64,000 bases of DNA, taken from the NCBI GenBank assembly GCA_051362555.1, contig CM120645.1:16430001-16494000 (forward strand), written 5' to 3'. The notes under the pieces are model-generated. The model made no database searches. It was not told the origin of the DNA and saw only the letters and a program-made list of their open reading frames with translations. This document shows positions 36,503 to 49,778 of this stretch, piece after piece; the first letter of the stretch is position 1; every line of letters begins with the position of its first letter. The translations under genes were made by a program, and so were the position numbers. The DNA is from Lingula anatina (lineage: Eukaryota > Animalia > Brachiopoda).

Positions 36503-37365
36503 ATGTTTACTATTAGTAACAAACTGGCGAAGAAAAAACAAAATGAGAGAACAATGGATACTCCGGATTCGCAGACTGACAAGGGAAAAAGACTTGAATC
36601 AAATCCCTCACCGGGAAATAGTGACATAGCAAAGAAACTCAGGATGGGAAGCCCACTATGCCTCGAAGACTACACAAGCGCAAACGAACATTCAGGCGAA
36701 ATCAGCCCAGATGACACCTGACCATCTATAGAAGGTACGAGTAAATTTCAAACGATACTATCTACAATAGATAAACACCTCGCGTCCATTGACAAAATTG
36801 CAGCTATGTCGGAAGCAAACCAAAGTATCTTACACGAACTATTGAATAAAGTCAGTGACCTTACTGTTTAACTTTGACGCAAAATGAAGTGGATACGCTG
36901 AAGAAGGAAAATGAACAATTGAAAGAAAGAATCAAAGTCACTGAAAACAAATCAAATATAAATACTGAGCGCCAAAAGGTTGTAGACGCGGAATTGTTAC
37001 AGATGAGAACACGCAGTATGAAAGACAATCTTTTGATATAAAACGTTGAGGACAAACAGAATGAAACGCCCATTGAAATGGAGAACGCTTTTTATAACTT
37101 TCTTGAAACTCAGCTCTCTATTCCAAACCCAAGACATTCAGTAAAGATTGACAGGATTCATAGAGTGGGACCACAGAACAAACAGGGAAAAATAAGGCCT
37201 ATTATCGCCAAATTCAACCCCTACAAAGGTAGAATGCTTGTCATGAACAGCGCCTACAGGCTTAGGGGTAAGAAAAATTCAGCTGGTCTCCACTACGGCA
37301 TCTCAGAACAATTTCCGCATGAAATTGAGCGACGACGCAAGGAGTTGTACCCTGTACCCTTCGTG
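36503..37365 (+). pseudogene. Decayed L1/Tx1-type LINE ORF1 (coiled coil + RRM-like)
   Basis: LKKENEQLKERI coiled coil, RSMKDNLLI, IDRIHRVG, RPIIAKF, ISEQFPHEIERRRKELYP; internal stops and a frameshift. Confidence 0.8.
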
Positions 37366-39060
37366 GCTTCCTTTATTGAGGTCAGATTTCACCTGTACCG
37401 CTCAACTAGTCGAAACAGAGTTTACAGACATCCAGAAGAGACCAGCGACGAAGCGTGTGCCGCGTCTAAAGTGGCTAAGGTCATTAACAGCGTCAGTATT
37501 TGGAGTTAGTACCACATTGGTGCCAAAACACCAATGGAAGTCATTGACGAAAACCTGAACCAGATCAAATCAAGGAATAATCATGGAACCGCTTGACTAT
37601 CATTTGAAAGGGGGCACCTTAGGAACAATTTTAGGTTGCAAAGTGAGATAGCCGGTTCACACAGAGCACTTTTAATAGCAGATTACATGCAAAGCCAAGT
37701 GAATGATTAGCTACCTTGGTCATCGAAATCGCCACATTTGAACCACATAGACAATATTTGGGTAGGTCATTACTTGCCGAATCAATGGCCTACATGTCCT
37801 ACAACAAAACTGGACCAAATTGGACAGATTTTGACCGATGCCTGGAATGTTATTCCAGTTTGAACTCTAAAAACATATCCCAAGGAATGCCTTGCCACTT
37901 GAGAGCGCTGGTAGCAGCCAGAAGAGGTCAGGCGTAACAGCGACCGTTACTGTGACTAGACACTGACATGAGGGTCCTTTGTGGAGAGTGTAACTCTTTT
38001 ACAGATAATAATTTGGAAAATATGGAGATCCAAAATATCTCTTTTAATTGTTGTCGTATGACATAGAATAAGCAATGTGTTTTTGTTTGCTTCTCTGGCG
38101 AATTCCATTAATGAACTGATGTCACAGTGACATCAAGGAGATAATAAAAATTTATTAAAACACGATTTTAATCCTTATTTTCATTTATCAGTCAGCAAAA
38201 TAGGAAAAAAAACTGATGAAAATGATTTGGAAAAAAATATTCCATATTAAATGTCAAGTCTGTATATATTGTTTACTGAGGGCTTTGTCGTTGTCGAGAA
38301 AGAGGAATCTCCCGAGGGGACAACATTACCAAGGTTTGCTGCCGTATCGACGATGCATTGCCTTAGCGTCAAATTACAGGATCCGTTCAACTTTTGTTTT
38401 TACCAAAGCGCAGGTGAGTGTACGCGCCTCATGCACAAAATGGCGTTGATTTAGAAGGGTTTGTAGGCATATTTCGTCGCTTATATACATTGTACATGCA
38501 CTCTTAGGCCTGCCTCACACCGTTTTCTTTTATAATTGAAATTTTTATTGACATCTCAGGGGTATGTATAGCCTTTATTATCATCCAGATATCGAAATAA
38601 AATGAGGATATTTCATGTATCTAATTGTTCAATATTGTTCAATAGTATCTTTGTGCTGATTTAAAACTATATAAATCCCCTCAAAAATATAAAATATCGA
38701 CGTTTATATATTTCGTTGCAATGATTAAGCATAGGCAAATCAAATCTGCTATTGTCAATTTAACACCTTTCTTTTTTGAGGTGACATAATAATTGGTATG
38801 GGGCGTAACTTCCTGCCTGACAAAGAATTTATCACGGAAATTGACATAGTTGACCACAAATCAATGTGCTACAATAGCACGCCGCCATTGTGGTTTAAAC
38901 ACTTTCTGTTGTGGAGATATAGGCCCATTACTACATATTTTCATTAAACAAAGCCCTTATTTTGCTTTATCAACAATATTATCTGAACTTAGGCTTTTAA
39001 GAGGAAACACTGGCTGATATTTGGAGTACTTACTGATGTCCTTAAATTAACGGTGTTCGT

Positions 39061-39704
39061 CACCCTGAGCTTCAGAGATAACTTGACACTAACCTCTTCA
39101 CAATAATAGCCTATCTTCATCGTGTCAAGTTACCTCTGACCACATTCGATTGCCCCCACCGCCCGCCAATCATATTTAAAGCCCGCCCTCAATGACTCAT
39201 TGAACGATCTAGCCAATGAACGCAAACGACTCAAAGCGCGCTTTGTTCAAATCTGGACCAATCAAAAATAAGGCTGAATATCAGGGACTTGCCTTAACCT
39301 GTGGGCAGCACGCAAAATACATCATCCCTCAGTAGATAATGATGCAGGGCCTCAAACTGCTTTGGTTTCAATTCCGATATACTCATATTTTGCAAAGAAT
39401 CAAGAGATAACTTAACACATTATTTTACGTAGTCACTCGTAGGAGACGCCATGGTTTCTTTGTGTACGGGTATGCACTCGGAACTACTCGGATGTCTCCG
39501 CACTCGACAATAACTTTGTTGTTAGTATGGAGCTTGCGGAATCAGCCGAGGATTGCCGATTGCCGGTCAACCAATCAGCGTTTTCACCAAACTTTGGTTA
39601 AAAATTTTGAAACTTGGATTCGATTGGCTTATATAAACTAGGTCAAACTATTTTCGTCAGAGGTAACTTGACACGATGTCAAGTTATCTCTGAAGCTCAG
39701 GGTG
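39061..39704. mobile_element. TIR element with 8-bp TSD (hAT-like or other 8-bp-TSD superfamily)
   Basis: 28-bp TIR caccctgagcttcagagataacttgaca; TSD gtgttcgt at 39053-39060 and 39705-39712. Confidence 0.88.
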
Positions 39705-41218
39705 GTGTTCGTAGATGCTCGTGTAAATAGTTGAGAGACCAATTTCTATTTTTTTACTTCAAAAGTGCAATTATGACGTCACACGTAAGATGACATGTTT
39801 GTAAATGTTAATTACAGGTAATTAAGTCAATGAATACTGAAGATTATTTTCTTATCCAAACGAATACACGTGAGGCAGTAGATAAGAAGTTTTTGATAAA
39901 GGCTAACAAAATCCTCACACACGAAATCCCACGTTTTCCCCAATGTTTTGGCCATATAGACTAGACGTAGCAGCCCGTACGTTGGGTTGGGACCCAGGTT
40001 TAAAAGAGTTATGGGTTCTAGTTGACCATATCGCCGCATTTGCGCGGAGCATGGTTTTTAGCACGACTTAAGAGTTTCAACATATAGCAAGGACTCACTT
40101 TCCTACAATGCAATTTACAACATGGAAAAGATGAAAACGGTTAATATAAGCGCTTTTCAACCGACAAACTGATCTTTCACGAAATAACCTCAAGGTCATG
40201 TAGGAGAAATAGCATGGCGTCCATATGCAATGTAGATATTTTCGACAAATCCTGTAGACCCTTACGATGTCACAAAATCGTTCGGAAATTCGTATACGAT
40301 TTCAGCACACGGCGCCCGTATCTAGGCTTAAGGTGCTGTTGATCGAAGATCGGCTACCAAACTTGGGACGCGCCAGTACAGACCAGAACTTAGGCATGTC
40401 ATGTAAAAACCGATACAAAAATCTAGATCAAATTAAGAAACGAATATTGGCACAATATAAACTAGGATTATATAGGTACCCTTTAGGTGGCCTTGGTTAG
40501 AATATAGGTAACTGTTTCTGTCTCCTTTCTATATTAATTCTTTCGTTTTTGCTGCGCAACCTGCTATTAATGAATAACGTATATGCACAGTATCATTTAT
40601 ATAATCTGACCTTGGTTATCTGGTTATTTCGTATTATTACAAAATTAGGCATAAAACGTACCTTTAGTGATTAACATGACGTGACTATTTATGTGAACTT
40701 AAAAACCTGCTCAGAATTTCCCATTGTTTTGTCAGACTCCGTTACCCATGTGAATATTTTGTCACTGGTTATTTCATTTTTCACTCAATAGAATCAGTCA
40801 TAAAACTTACCTTTTTTGGACAAAATGTTGCTTACAACGAAGGATAAATGAACTCAACGAAGTAATTATTTTCGGCGAAGAGACTATCTTCCAAGAATGT
40901 CGGACTTCCATTAAATCGACCCCCAGATCAGCTGCCATCACTTGTATAACAATAACCTAGGCAAAGTTGATTTTTGCAGCTGCACATCCAGGTGTGCACA
41001 AGGCATGTAAATACAAGTTTATATTTCCAAGCGTACGAAAGGGTGTTAGATTTGCTTTCAGATCAATTGCATCAAAATGGACACTCTATGGGATTCCCTG
41101 TCAAAATAATGTGGTATTCTAAAGACTAGCATAAAAGTCTGCCCTAACGCTCCTGATACAGAATATAATGGCTGTTCTATCAGCGTACAAATCAAAATCG
41201 TCAAACAGAAGAGTTAAC

Positions 41219-41494
41219 TTCAAATTACTGTTTTTCTTTTTATCAAGAGCTTGTAAAATATGTGGGTATTACCTCCAATATTTCCGTGACTGTCAGTCAC
41301 CATCATCAGGGAGTAAATGACTAGGGTCATTTCACTTGGAATGAAAATCCAGGTCAATTGCCCCTAATCACTGGCCTTGTGTTGTAACTGTTACTTGCTC
41401 CCCCCGGGATCCTCCCACATATTTTACAAGCTCTTGATAAAAAGAAAAACAGTAATTTGAATTTATACATACAGAGCTAATGAAACTGTTCTCT
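41219..41494 (-). mobile_element. Penelope-like solo pseudo-LTR with inverted partial copy
   Basis: Perfect 48-bp inverted repeat (41219-41266 / 41414-41461), 13-bp flanking duplication cagaagagttaac, and an internal hammerhead core. Confidence 0.75.
41273..41313 (-). ncRNA. Minimal type I hammerhead ribozyme motif
   Basis: CUCC-CUGAUGA-UG-GUGAC-UGACA-GUCAC-G-GAAA-UA-UU-GGAG: core boxes, stem I CUCC/GGAG, stem II GUGAC/GUCAC, palindromic stem III remnant. Confidence 0.65.
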
Positions 41495-41749
41495 CAGAAG
41501 AGTTAACGCCTGAATAACTTAAGCCGCTCTTTATTGTGTTTAGATCCATTGACCCATCAAGGTGAAAGCCGACTCGGTTTCTTTGTCACCTTGGTTATCA
41601 CTGAACACTGAAGATTATTCTGCTATCCAAATGAAAGCACGTGAAGCAGTAAACAAGGGGTTTTTGGTAAAGGCTAACAAAATCCTTCAGTGGTAGTGCG
41701 TGTCACAAGATCGTTTGTTCATTTCAATGCAAACAACTCGGCGGAGAAA

Positions 41750-44165
41750 TGATTCCTTAGAATGGAACTTCATATTCGAGACTTTATCCTTCTTTAATTT
41801 CGGTCGCACCATGATACAGTGGGTTAAAACCTTATACACTGATATCTCCTCTACAATACAAAATAACGGCCATCTTTCGGAGTTCTTTATGGTAAAAAGG
41901 GGTGTACGACAGGGAGACCCCCCATATTTTTTTATTCTTTGTCTAGAAATTTTCTTGGCCACAGTTAAGACAGACCCTTAAGGCCCGGTCACACTGCGCT
42001 TGCGACCTTTTTGCAACCTTTTTGCAACCACAAAATCTGGCGGTCGCTTGCGATCACTTTGCAAGCTAATTAAGAAGCTATGGCCAATTTGATCGGCAAG
42101 CAGTCGCAAACCGGTTGCAACAAGGTTGCAGTATGGTATCTGCAACCTCTTATAGACCATCTTCAAGTTATAGGTTACCAGTCGCACACTGTTTAACGAG
42201 CGATAAACAACCTGTCTGCAACCACTTGGTGACCGAAAACCGGTTGCAGGACTGTAGCAATCGCTTGCCAACTGGTAGCAGCAAGATCGCGCAAAATATA
42301 TACATGATTATACCTGTGACAGTAGCTGCTTTCCTATTAATTCCCCTCTCAAAATACAAAAATGCTCTAGTAAAACGATTCCTTTTTAAAAAGAGGGGAC
42401 TGCTATAATAATTGACTTTGCTTACCCTAGAAGTAAAAAGAGTAAAAAAAAACTTCAAAATAAAAACATAAACTTGCATACGTTTAAGTCCTTATTAATC
42501 TCATAATACTCTTTAATATTTTCTTGGCCAAATAATTGGTCTCTTTGAGGTCGGTCACACTGGACAAAAAAACTCTTTGCGACTTGCAACTTTCACCGGT
42601 TGCAAAAAGGTCGGCAACCGGTTGCAACAACTCGCAAAGTGGTTTCCAAAAGAACGCTGGTTTAATAACCGGTCGCGCCGGTTTACGGTGCAGCACCGAA
42701 AACCTCCTGGCGACCGAAAAACCTACTTGTGGTATCTAACCGGTTGCTAACAGGTAGCCGACTACTTTGCAACTGATTTGCAACCGAATGTGTGGTTTTC
42801 CCTTTGTCTTTTTAACCCTAGGCGTTTGCCACTTACAATAAGGCGAAATTAAATCGTGACCAGTCTTGCGCATCGTGTACTTTTTACACTCTCCTTGTAG
42901 TGAGGGTACCGAGCACTGGGAAGATGTTAAATTGTTTGTATTGAAACTATTTTTTATTTAAGTCTATTGGACACATTTTACGATTTGTTCGATTATTTGT
43001 GGATAATTTTGATTGTTAAAATTATGATATTAAATAGCAGTTATACCTTGCTGATTAAATTGCTTTTATTTTCGTTTTCTCTGCATTCATGTATTTGTTT
43101 CATTGTTTACTCTGATAATATGGCTTTGCGGATTTTAAATAACATACAGCGATATATAATTGAGGTTTTCGGCATTTTACCTATGATTTTCGCAAAATGA
43201 TAAAATAAATAAACGTAGCGTCAAAAAATCGTACATTGCTTTTAGCATTACTTTTTTTTTGTTTCGTACAAGTGTGAAATACCTGGTATATGAAAACCTT
43301 GGCAATTGGTATTAAATATATTGCCAACAAATGCAATATATGTTTTTTTTTCTAAAATATTATAATTTATGACCTTGATATTTAGAAGGCTTACATAACA
43401 AATTATGAAAAAAGTCTTTGCCCAAATATACCACCATCCTACGCCTATTTTATTGCAGTTGCTTGCAACCTTCCTGCGACATATTTTCGAACGCCTGCGA
43501 TCGGTAAAAAACCTATAAGCGACCAAGAGACTATAGACCGTCAATCGACCATGCAGTTACAACTGCAACCTTCTAGCGACCTGCTGCCGACTACTTGCGA
43601 TTGGTAAAAAACTTGTAAGCGACCAGTCGACTAAATACTGTCAATCGACCGTGCAGTTGCAAATGGTATTATACTTGTTATAGCAACCTACTGACAACCA
43701 AGAAAAGACGGATAGGCAACCTTTAGGATACCGATAATTTTCCTCTTTAGTCGCACTGGTTGTCGGTGCACAAAAAATGGCCTTCATATGTCAACGATCG
43801 CAGGCGAGCTGTTAGCAACCTTATGCGACCACTTTAAAACCTATGGCAACCTCCTTGCGACTGAAGTTGCAAAAAGGTTGCCAAAAAGTTGCAAGCGCAG
43901 TGTGACCCAGGCTTTACGTAAATGGAATTAATATAAACAATACGGAGTTTCTTATTACGTCTTATGCAGATGATACAACCATTATACTGAGAGACGACGA
44001 GCTCTCCTTGAACAGGGTCCTCTATTTAATTACTGCATTCTCTAAATGCTCGGGCCTGAAAGCCAATCTCGATAAAACAGAAGCAATATGGATTGGGTCC
44101 AAGAGAGGATGTCAAGAAAAAATCAAAACTAAAAAAGATATAAAATGGAATCATGAAGGATAATG
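41750..44165 (+). pseudogene. L1/Tx1-type reverse transcriptase fragment split by a DNA transposon
   Basis: DSLEWNFI...KRGVRQGDP...VKTDP rejoins YVNGININN...SYADDTT...SGLKANLDKTE once 41981-43913 is removed. Confidence 0.85.
41981..43913. mobile_element. PIF/Harbinger-like non-autonomous element with TTA TSD
   Basis: TIRs aggcccggtcacactgcgcttgc / gcaagcgcagtgtgacccaggct with tta on both sides; many gcaacc/ggttgc subterminal repeats. Confidence 0.88.
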
Positions 44166-46120
44166 TGTCGTGGACATGAAGATGTCGGTTGTAAAGGGTG
44201 CGCGCACACATATACACACAAACACAACAGTAATTGTTTAGAATAATATATTGTAATGTTAAGGTTCCTTCTATTCATGCTAGAATTAAAAAAAATATCA
44301 GTTATTAATTTAAAAGCACACTTTACTTACATTTCATTAAAAAAGCAATAGTTCATCAATCTATATAAGATGGAGTTTGTACTCATTAGTGCATGATATA
44401 TAATATCCTTCTTAGAATTAATTTTATTAGGCAGTTTTTTAATAACTTGTTTCTCAAGCTCCGCCGACCTCAAAATGGCAAAAAAAGAAAATACATAATT
44501 GAAACCTAAAATATTTTATTTTTTACCGACGTAAATTTATTGGCTGCTTTTTGTCGGAAATGAAAATATCAACTGCAACACTTGTGTCACGTGTGGAGGG
44601 TTCCAACAGGGAGCCAGCATAGTCAAGAGCACAAATATAAACTTAATGTAACTGAACTTAATGTAAGCATACCGGTCTCTACGGTGGTATATTTTGACTT
44701 TAAGTACAGTCCGATAACAGTTGCCAGTGAACACCAAAAGAGGCAGGCTCGGCTAAAGTCTCTGTGATCATCCAAAAACAGAGCGCAGTGGATGTTTTAA
44801 TGCAGCATTCGCGTGCTTCTGAAAGTCTCCAAAAATGTGAGTATTTTTATTTTCGCTTTATTAGAGGGTCATAGTATTTTCAGGTGAATGTATTTCAGGC
44901 ATTGACATGTTGATTAATCAATGTACTTTTTTGCACTTTCACAAAAACGTATGTTAATGCTAATTGCTTGCTAACAACAGCAAATGTTTCTGTACTAAAG
45001 CAATGTGTCTTTGACATTTTTATTAAGTTTAGCCAGGTAATAACTGTAAACTAGCATTTGTTTGGATAATGAGCCTGTCAAAACGAATTCATAGTTTAGT
45101 TTTCCATCAAGTTTTTATTGCTTATATAAATATTAAGGTTAGACAGGCCCATAGCCAACAATTTTAAAAGAGGGTTCTTTTTCTGAAAAAGTGGACCATT
45201 TACTGTAAAACCTTCATGCGCTTAGATATATTTTGACCCAGAGCAGACCTTCTCCTGATAAAAAAGGTGGTTCCTTCAAATCCACCAAACTCCTTGGCTA
45301 TGGACATGTGACCTGGCAGTTCATTAGTACCACCAGATTGTACGCTGGCGGTACTCATGGTTTTAGTCCCGACCCGTCTCGTACAGCTCCGCCGGCTCCG
45401 CCGGCTCCGCAGTCGGGCGTCGGAAACAAGTCACCGTTACCGCTTCTCCTCCTAGACTGCAAGGACCTGTGTCCTCATCTCTTGGATTTATGTCCCATAT
45501 AATCTCAACTTGAACCCCCTGGTTTTTTGTCTCGGTCGGTGCATTGGCCTGGGCGTGACGCTTGTTGAAACGCACCCTTGTCAAAAAATTTGAAAATTCA
45601 ATGCTATATATCTCCCAAACCGAAGGAATTATGGGAAAGATTTCTATAGATGACTGACCGAAAGTCATATGTGGAGAATTCAAATATGCCCTCGGATTTG
45701 ACCTTTGACCTTTATTTTAAGGTCAAATGGGCCAAAATTTTCTAAAAATGGGAAATTTTTGCGAAAAAAATTTGATTTCTCCTTTTTTTTCAGAAACTGT
45801 GCAGATCTAATCTATAATATTATGGACAGGTGTTTTTCTTAGGGTCATCTTTCATCTTTTTGAGTTTGGGGTCAGTCGGTGCATTTTGATGGGTGTAGCA
45901 GCCATTAGATGTCGAAACTGAAAACTTTCTCTAATTCTGGATCCGTTAATGCTAGAAACCTCTTGTTTTTTGCATTTTGTAGAGCTTGTCAAGCGCAACA
46001 CTGAATGTGGTATCGGTTTTTTTGTTTTCGATACAGCTAAGGCATTGCACTATATCAATAAGTTCAACATGCAATATTCAGTGGTGAAAATGAAATGTGA
46101 GATGCTCCAAAATTAGCAGA

Positions 46121-46558
46121 GATATACCCATAGTTACTGTTGAACTTGAATAGGAAGTTATATACTGGTAATCTAACTGTGACCCTGAAATTGACCTTTG
46201 ACCTACTTTTCATGATGAACTGCACTTTTCAAGTCTTCTGTCCCTTATATCTCGAAAACTGGCAAAGATACGCCCATAGTTACTGTTGAACTTGAATAGG
46301 AAATCATATACTGGCAATCTCATTGTGACCTTGAAATTGACCTTTGACCTACTTTTCACCATGAACTAAACTTTACAAATTTTCTGTCCCTTATATCTCG
46401 AAAACTAGCAAAGATATGCCCAAAGTTACTATTGAACTTAAATAGGAAGTCATATACTGGCAATCTTACTGTGACCTTGAAATTGACCTTTGACTTACTT
46501 GTTATGATGAACTGCACTTTGCATGTTTCTTGGCCTTCATATCTCCAAAGTAGGCGAA
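46121..46558 (+). repeat. Three 146-bp tandem units inside a HINE-like element (45340-46560)
   Basis: Units start at 46121, 46267 and 46413; each contains tgaaattgacctttgac. Confidence 0.85.
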
Positions 46559-46904
46559 GAAACATTTTAATTTTATCATTATTTTGTTTATTAAATAAGT
46601 TAAGCTGTTGTTGCTATTAAGATTTAATAAAAATTAAGACATGGTTCCATCACAGGCCATATTATCCTTGCTGGTTTTAGTATTTTCAACAACCTGGCTA
46701 TGCAATTGTTTGCTGTCTTTTGAGTTGTATGTTCCTATGCAGCTAACCGAAGGTACACATCCAACTCAGTTAACATATCTGAAATATTTTTGTAGTAAAT
46801 CCCCAAGTACTGCAAGGCAGACAATGTATAATTCCATCTCGCAAGTAGTGGGCAGGCCAAAGATTTTGGAAAGCGCATAGTAGAGACACTGACACAGGAG
46901 CCAT

Positions 46905-46995
46905 CCCAGCAGACATTGATTCTACGTTGATTCAACGTTGATCCACCAAAATAAATGTTGAATCAACGGTGAATCAATGTCGTTTGTCTGCTGGG
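46905..46995. mobile_element. 91-bp CCCAGCA-type mini-MITE with AT TSD
   Basis: cccagcagaca / tgtctgctggg termini and internal gttgattcaac palindromes. Confidence 0.75.
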
Positions 46996-49778
46996 ATGGT
47001 ATGTAAGACCATATGCAGAGAGAGACTGGTTAGCTTAGTGCAGCTGCCATAGTGACCATTTAACTGATGATTCTCAAACTTACTGAAAGATTCAAAGGTT
47101 TGAAATATAGCCTAAATGAATTCATTTTATGGATGTAATGCTGTTTTTGTGAAATGTTTATTTTTCACATATTGGTGTTTCCAGCGTGGGACTTGACACT
47201 CCCATGGGCATGAAGCCATATTGTTTCTGGATGGCCATGTTTCATGAAGTAGATAACTTAAATTTAGTGATTATTTTCCACTTAATCATTAATCATACAT
47301 AATATTGCATCAAGATTGACAAAACACTATTTTGTACACTGCCACCAAAGCGTGTTTATTAATTTTTATTATTATTATTTTGTAATTTACAAGAATGATT
47401 CGTAGAGTTGACATTCAGTTTAATATGACATTGAAACATTGAAAAGAAATTGCTGTTTTTATCCAAAAAAAGCTTTACTGTTTTAAAAGCAGTTAAAGCC
47501 ATTGTCCAATGTAGTATTGAAAGTGAGCTACCAAAAAGTCATTATTTTGAAAAAAATTTTTTTCATTTTCCCCCCTCCGACCTCTGACAAAAAATTGTTT
47601 GAGAAACAAGTAATTAAAAACAACCATGTGATAGGTGGCAGGAGTGATATATATTCTCTAAAACACACAATAACACCCAAGACATTGGTTCTTGTGTGAA
47701 TCTGATACATTGCACATGTAACTTGTAAGGTGTTTTTTTTTTAATTTTCCGAAAATTATTTTAGTTTTCATCTTCTTAAAGGTTACTAGAAGTTTGTTAT
47801 TTAGCACTATACATTCTAATCACCAGGTCCATACAGTATTTTTGAGCAGATAATTAAATGTGGAATTACATATCAGATTTTTAATGAATGAAATAATAAG
47901 CAGTAGGTGGCTCACCCATACACAATATTTTTTTCATACATAATTAGTCATTTTTAGATGAAAATTGCTGAATTTGTTTAATTTTAATTTTATTTCTTTC
48001 ACTATTCACCTAACTCAGATGTCATATATTGTTCCTTAAAATAACTGTTTCTTTAATCAAGGAATATATATATATATATATATATACGCCTGGCAGCCTG
48101 GGATCTTTCTATGCTGTTTTTAGTATGCATTTGTAATTTTCATAACACCATTGTATATTTCAAAAACGATTCTGATGCTTAGGAATCATTGCCGTTTTTT
48201 GAAAAAAAATATTCTGGCAACCAATAACTAGTGTCGTTTTTTTTAATAGCCCGACAACAATGGCGTTTTTAAACGATGCTGACACTGTACACTGATGTTT
48301 TAATTAAATGACTTACAGGCAACGACATATCAATGAGCCAGAGAGTGCAGATCCTTCATCAGTTCATTCCTCGGTATACTGAGAGGGCAACTTCTGTTCA
48401 CTCAACAACCCAGGGGCAGCAGAAAATGATTATTTTAGAGTGACTAAATAATGAAAAAGATTCAGGCACACAAGTTCTGTTATTTCCCCTTGATGGCACA
48501 GTTTTTATCAAAGCATCGTGCAGAGTACATGTACATGGACCAATGTCAAAATGGTACTCTTTTTCTCACAGTCAAAGTGCCACGATGATAAAATCTCATT
48601 CAAGTGCTGTTTGGTGTAGTACTACCTTACTTTCGTAAGTGTGATAAAACCTTGACCTTCCAACAAAATATTTTTATTTTCTTAACCATGATAATAGTTC
48701 ATATCATTGGAGAACCGCCTTACATAATTTTACAACAATATACTACATATTCTCATTTGTAATGCCATTCTCCATGGATATTACCTTATCTTTCAACGAT
48801 ATTATACGGAGTAAACTTCTCTCTTTAAGTCTTCAAATCCTTTAATTCCTTTCTTGGTTTTTTTTTTTTTTTTAACTTCAATTTGAAGAACTTCTTGAAG
48901 TGATGTTTCTGAAAAGCGTGCTGCAGAAATGGATACCGCAGAGTGCTTTGCCAGGTCAGCCCGATTCAGATTCAGATTCATGATTTATTGTAGATGGTAT
49001 ATACACATCCAGCATGTAATAAAAGCTTGGGTCCCAACTACGTTTTGGACGCACGGTTTTTTAGGTTTCTTGCGTCCGGCTAGGACGTAGCTAGATCGCA
49101 GGGAAGGAATCAAGTAATTGGTGAAAAGTTTCTACGTGCTGTTTGCCTCCTCCAAAAGTCGCACGTTGGACGTGCTCCTCACGCACTAACTCCATTTTCT
49201 TGGCCGTAGACCACACGAAGCAGCACGCACGTTCGGTTGGGACCTAGGCTTTTGCCTTGTAGAAGCACTGTTAGGGTTAAGCTTGATAATGGCTCTCAGG
49301 TGAATAATTTACTGAAACATGTATTTAACTCCATTAGTCATATAGCTGACCCGAAACCCCCAAGTAAGAATGGTCAGTCATTAGACAACTCAGTGAAATC
49401 TATACGTCAAAATGACACATTTTATGAGAAAAATTGTTGAAAAATAAGGTAAAAGTTACTATAATCGGCCTGCTGTGCTACTTACAACACGCTAATGATC
49501 GATTTCCAAAGTCAGACTTAGTTTGCAGTTCGATCGCACAACTCTTCATTGTGATCTTAAGGATATCTTCACCCTTTGCCCCAAACTCTTTATTTACTGC
49601 CTTGCATACATTCTATTGGGTAATGAATGAATCTTCGGTGTCCAGTGACTAAATTAACAGTGACATTTACACATATGTCATCTAACAGGTTACGAAATAA
49701 TCGCGATTTAGGGGTACAAACTGAAAAATTGGTTTCTCAAAAGCTTTAACCTGAGCACCCACGATCATCGTTTTAACG

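Larger units (their letters stand above)
44430..47625. mobile_element. TIR element (possibly Zator-like) carrying nested MITEs and a HINE-like repeat
   Basis: ggcagttttttaataacttgtttctcaa / ttgagaaacaagtaattaaaaacaacc; the flanks rejoin to match 27050-27200. Confidence 0.6.

Noticed and set aside
37420-37470. Second hammerhead-like motif (ccagaagagaccagcgacgaagcg)
   Set aside because: The core lacks CUGA and GAAA and has no stem II; too degenerate to support.
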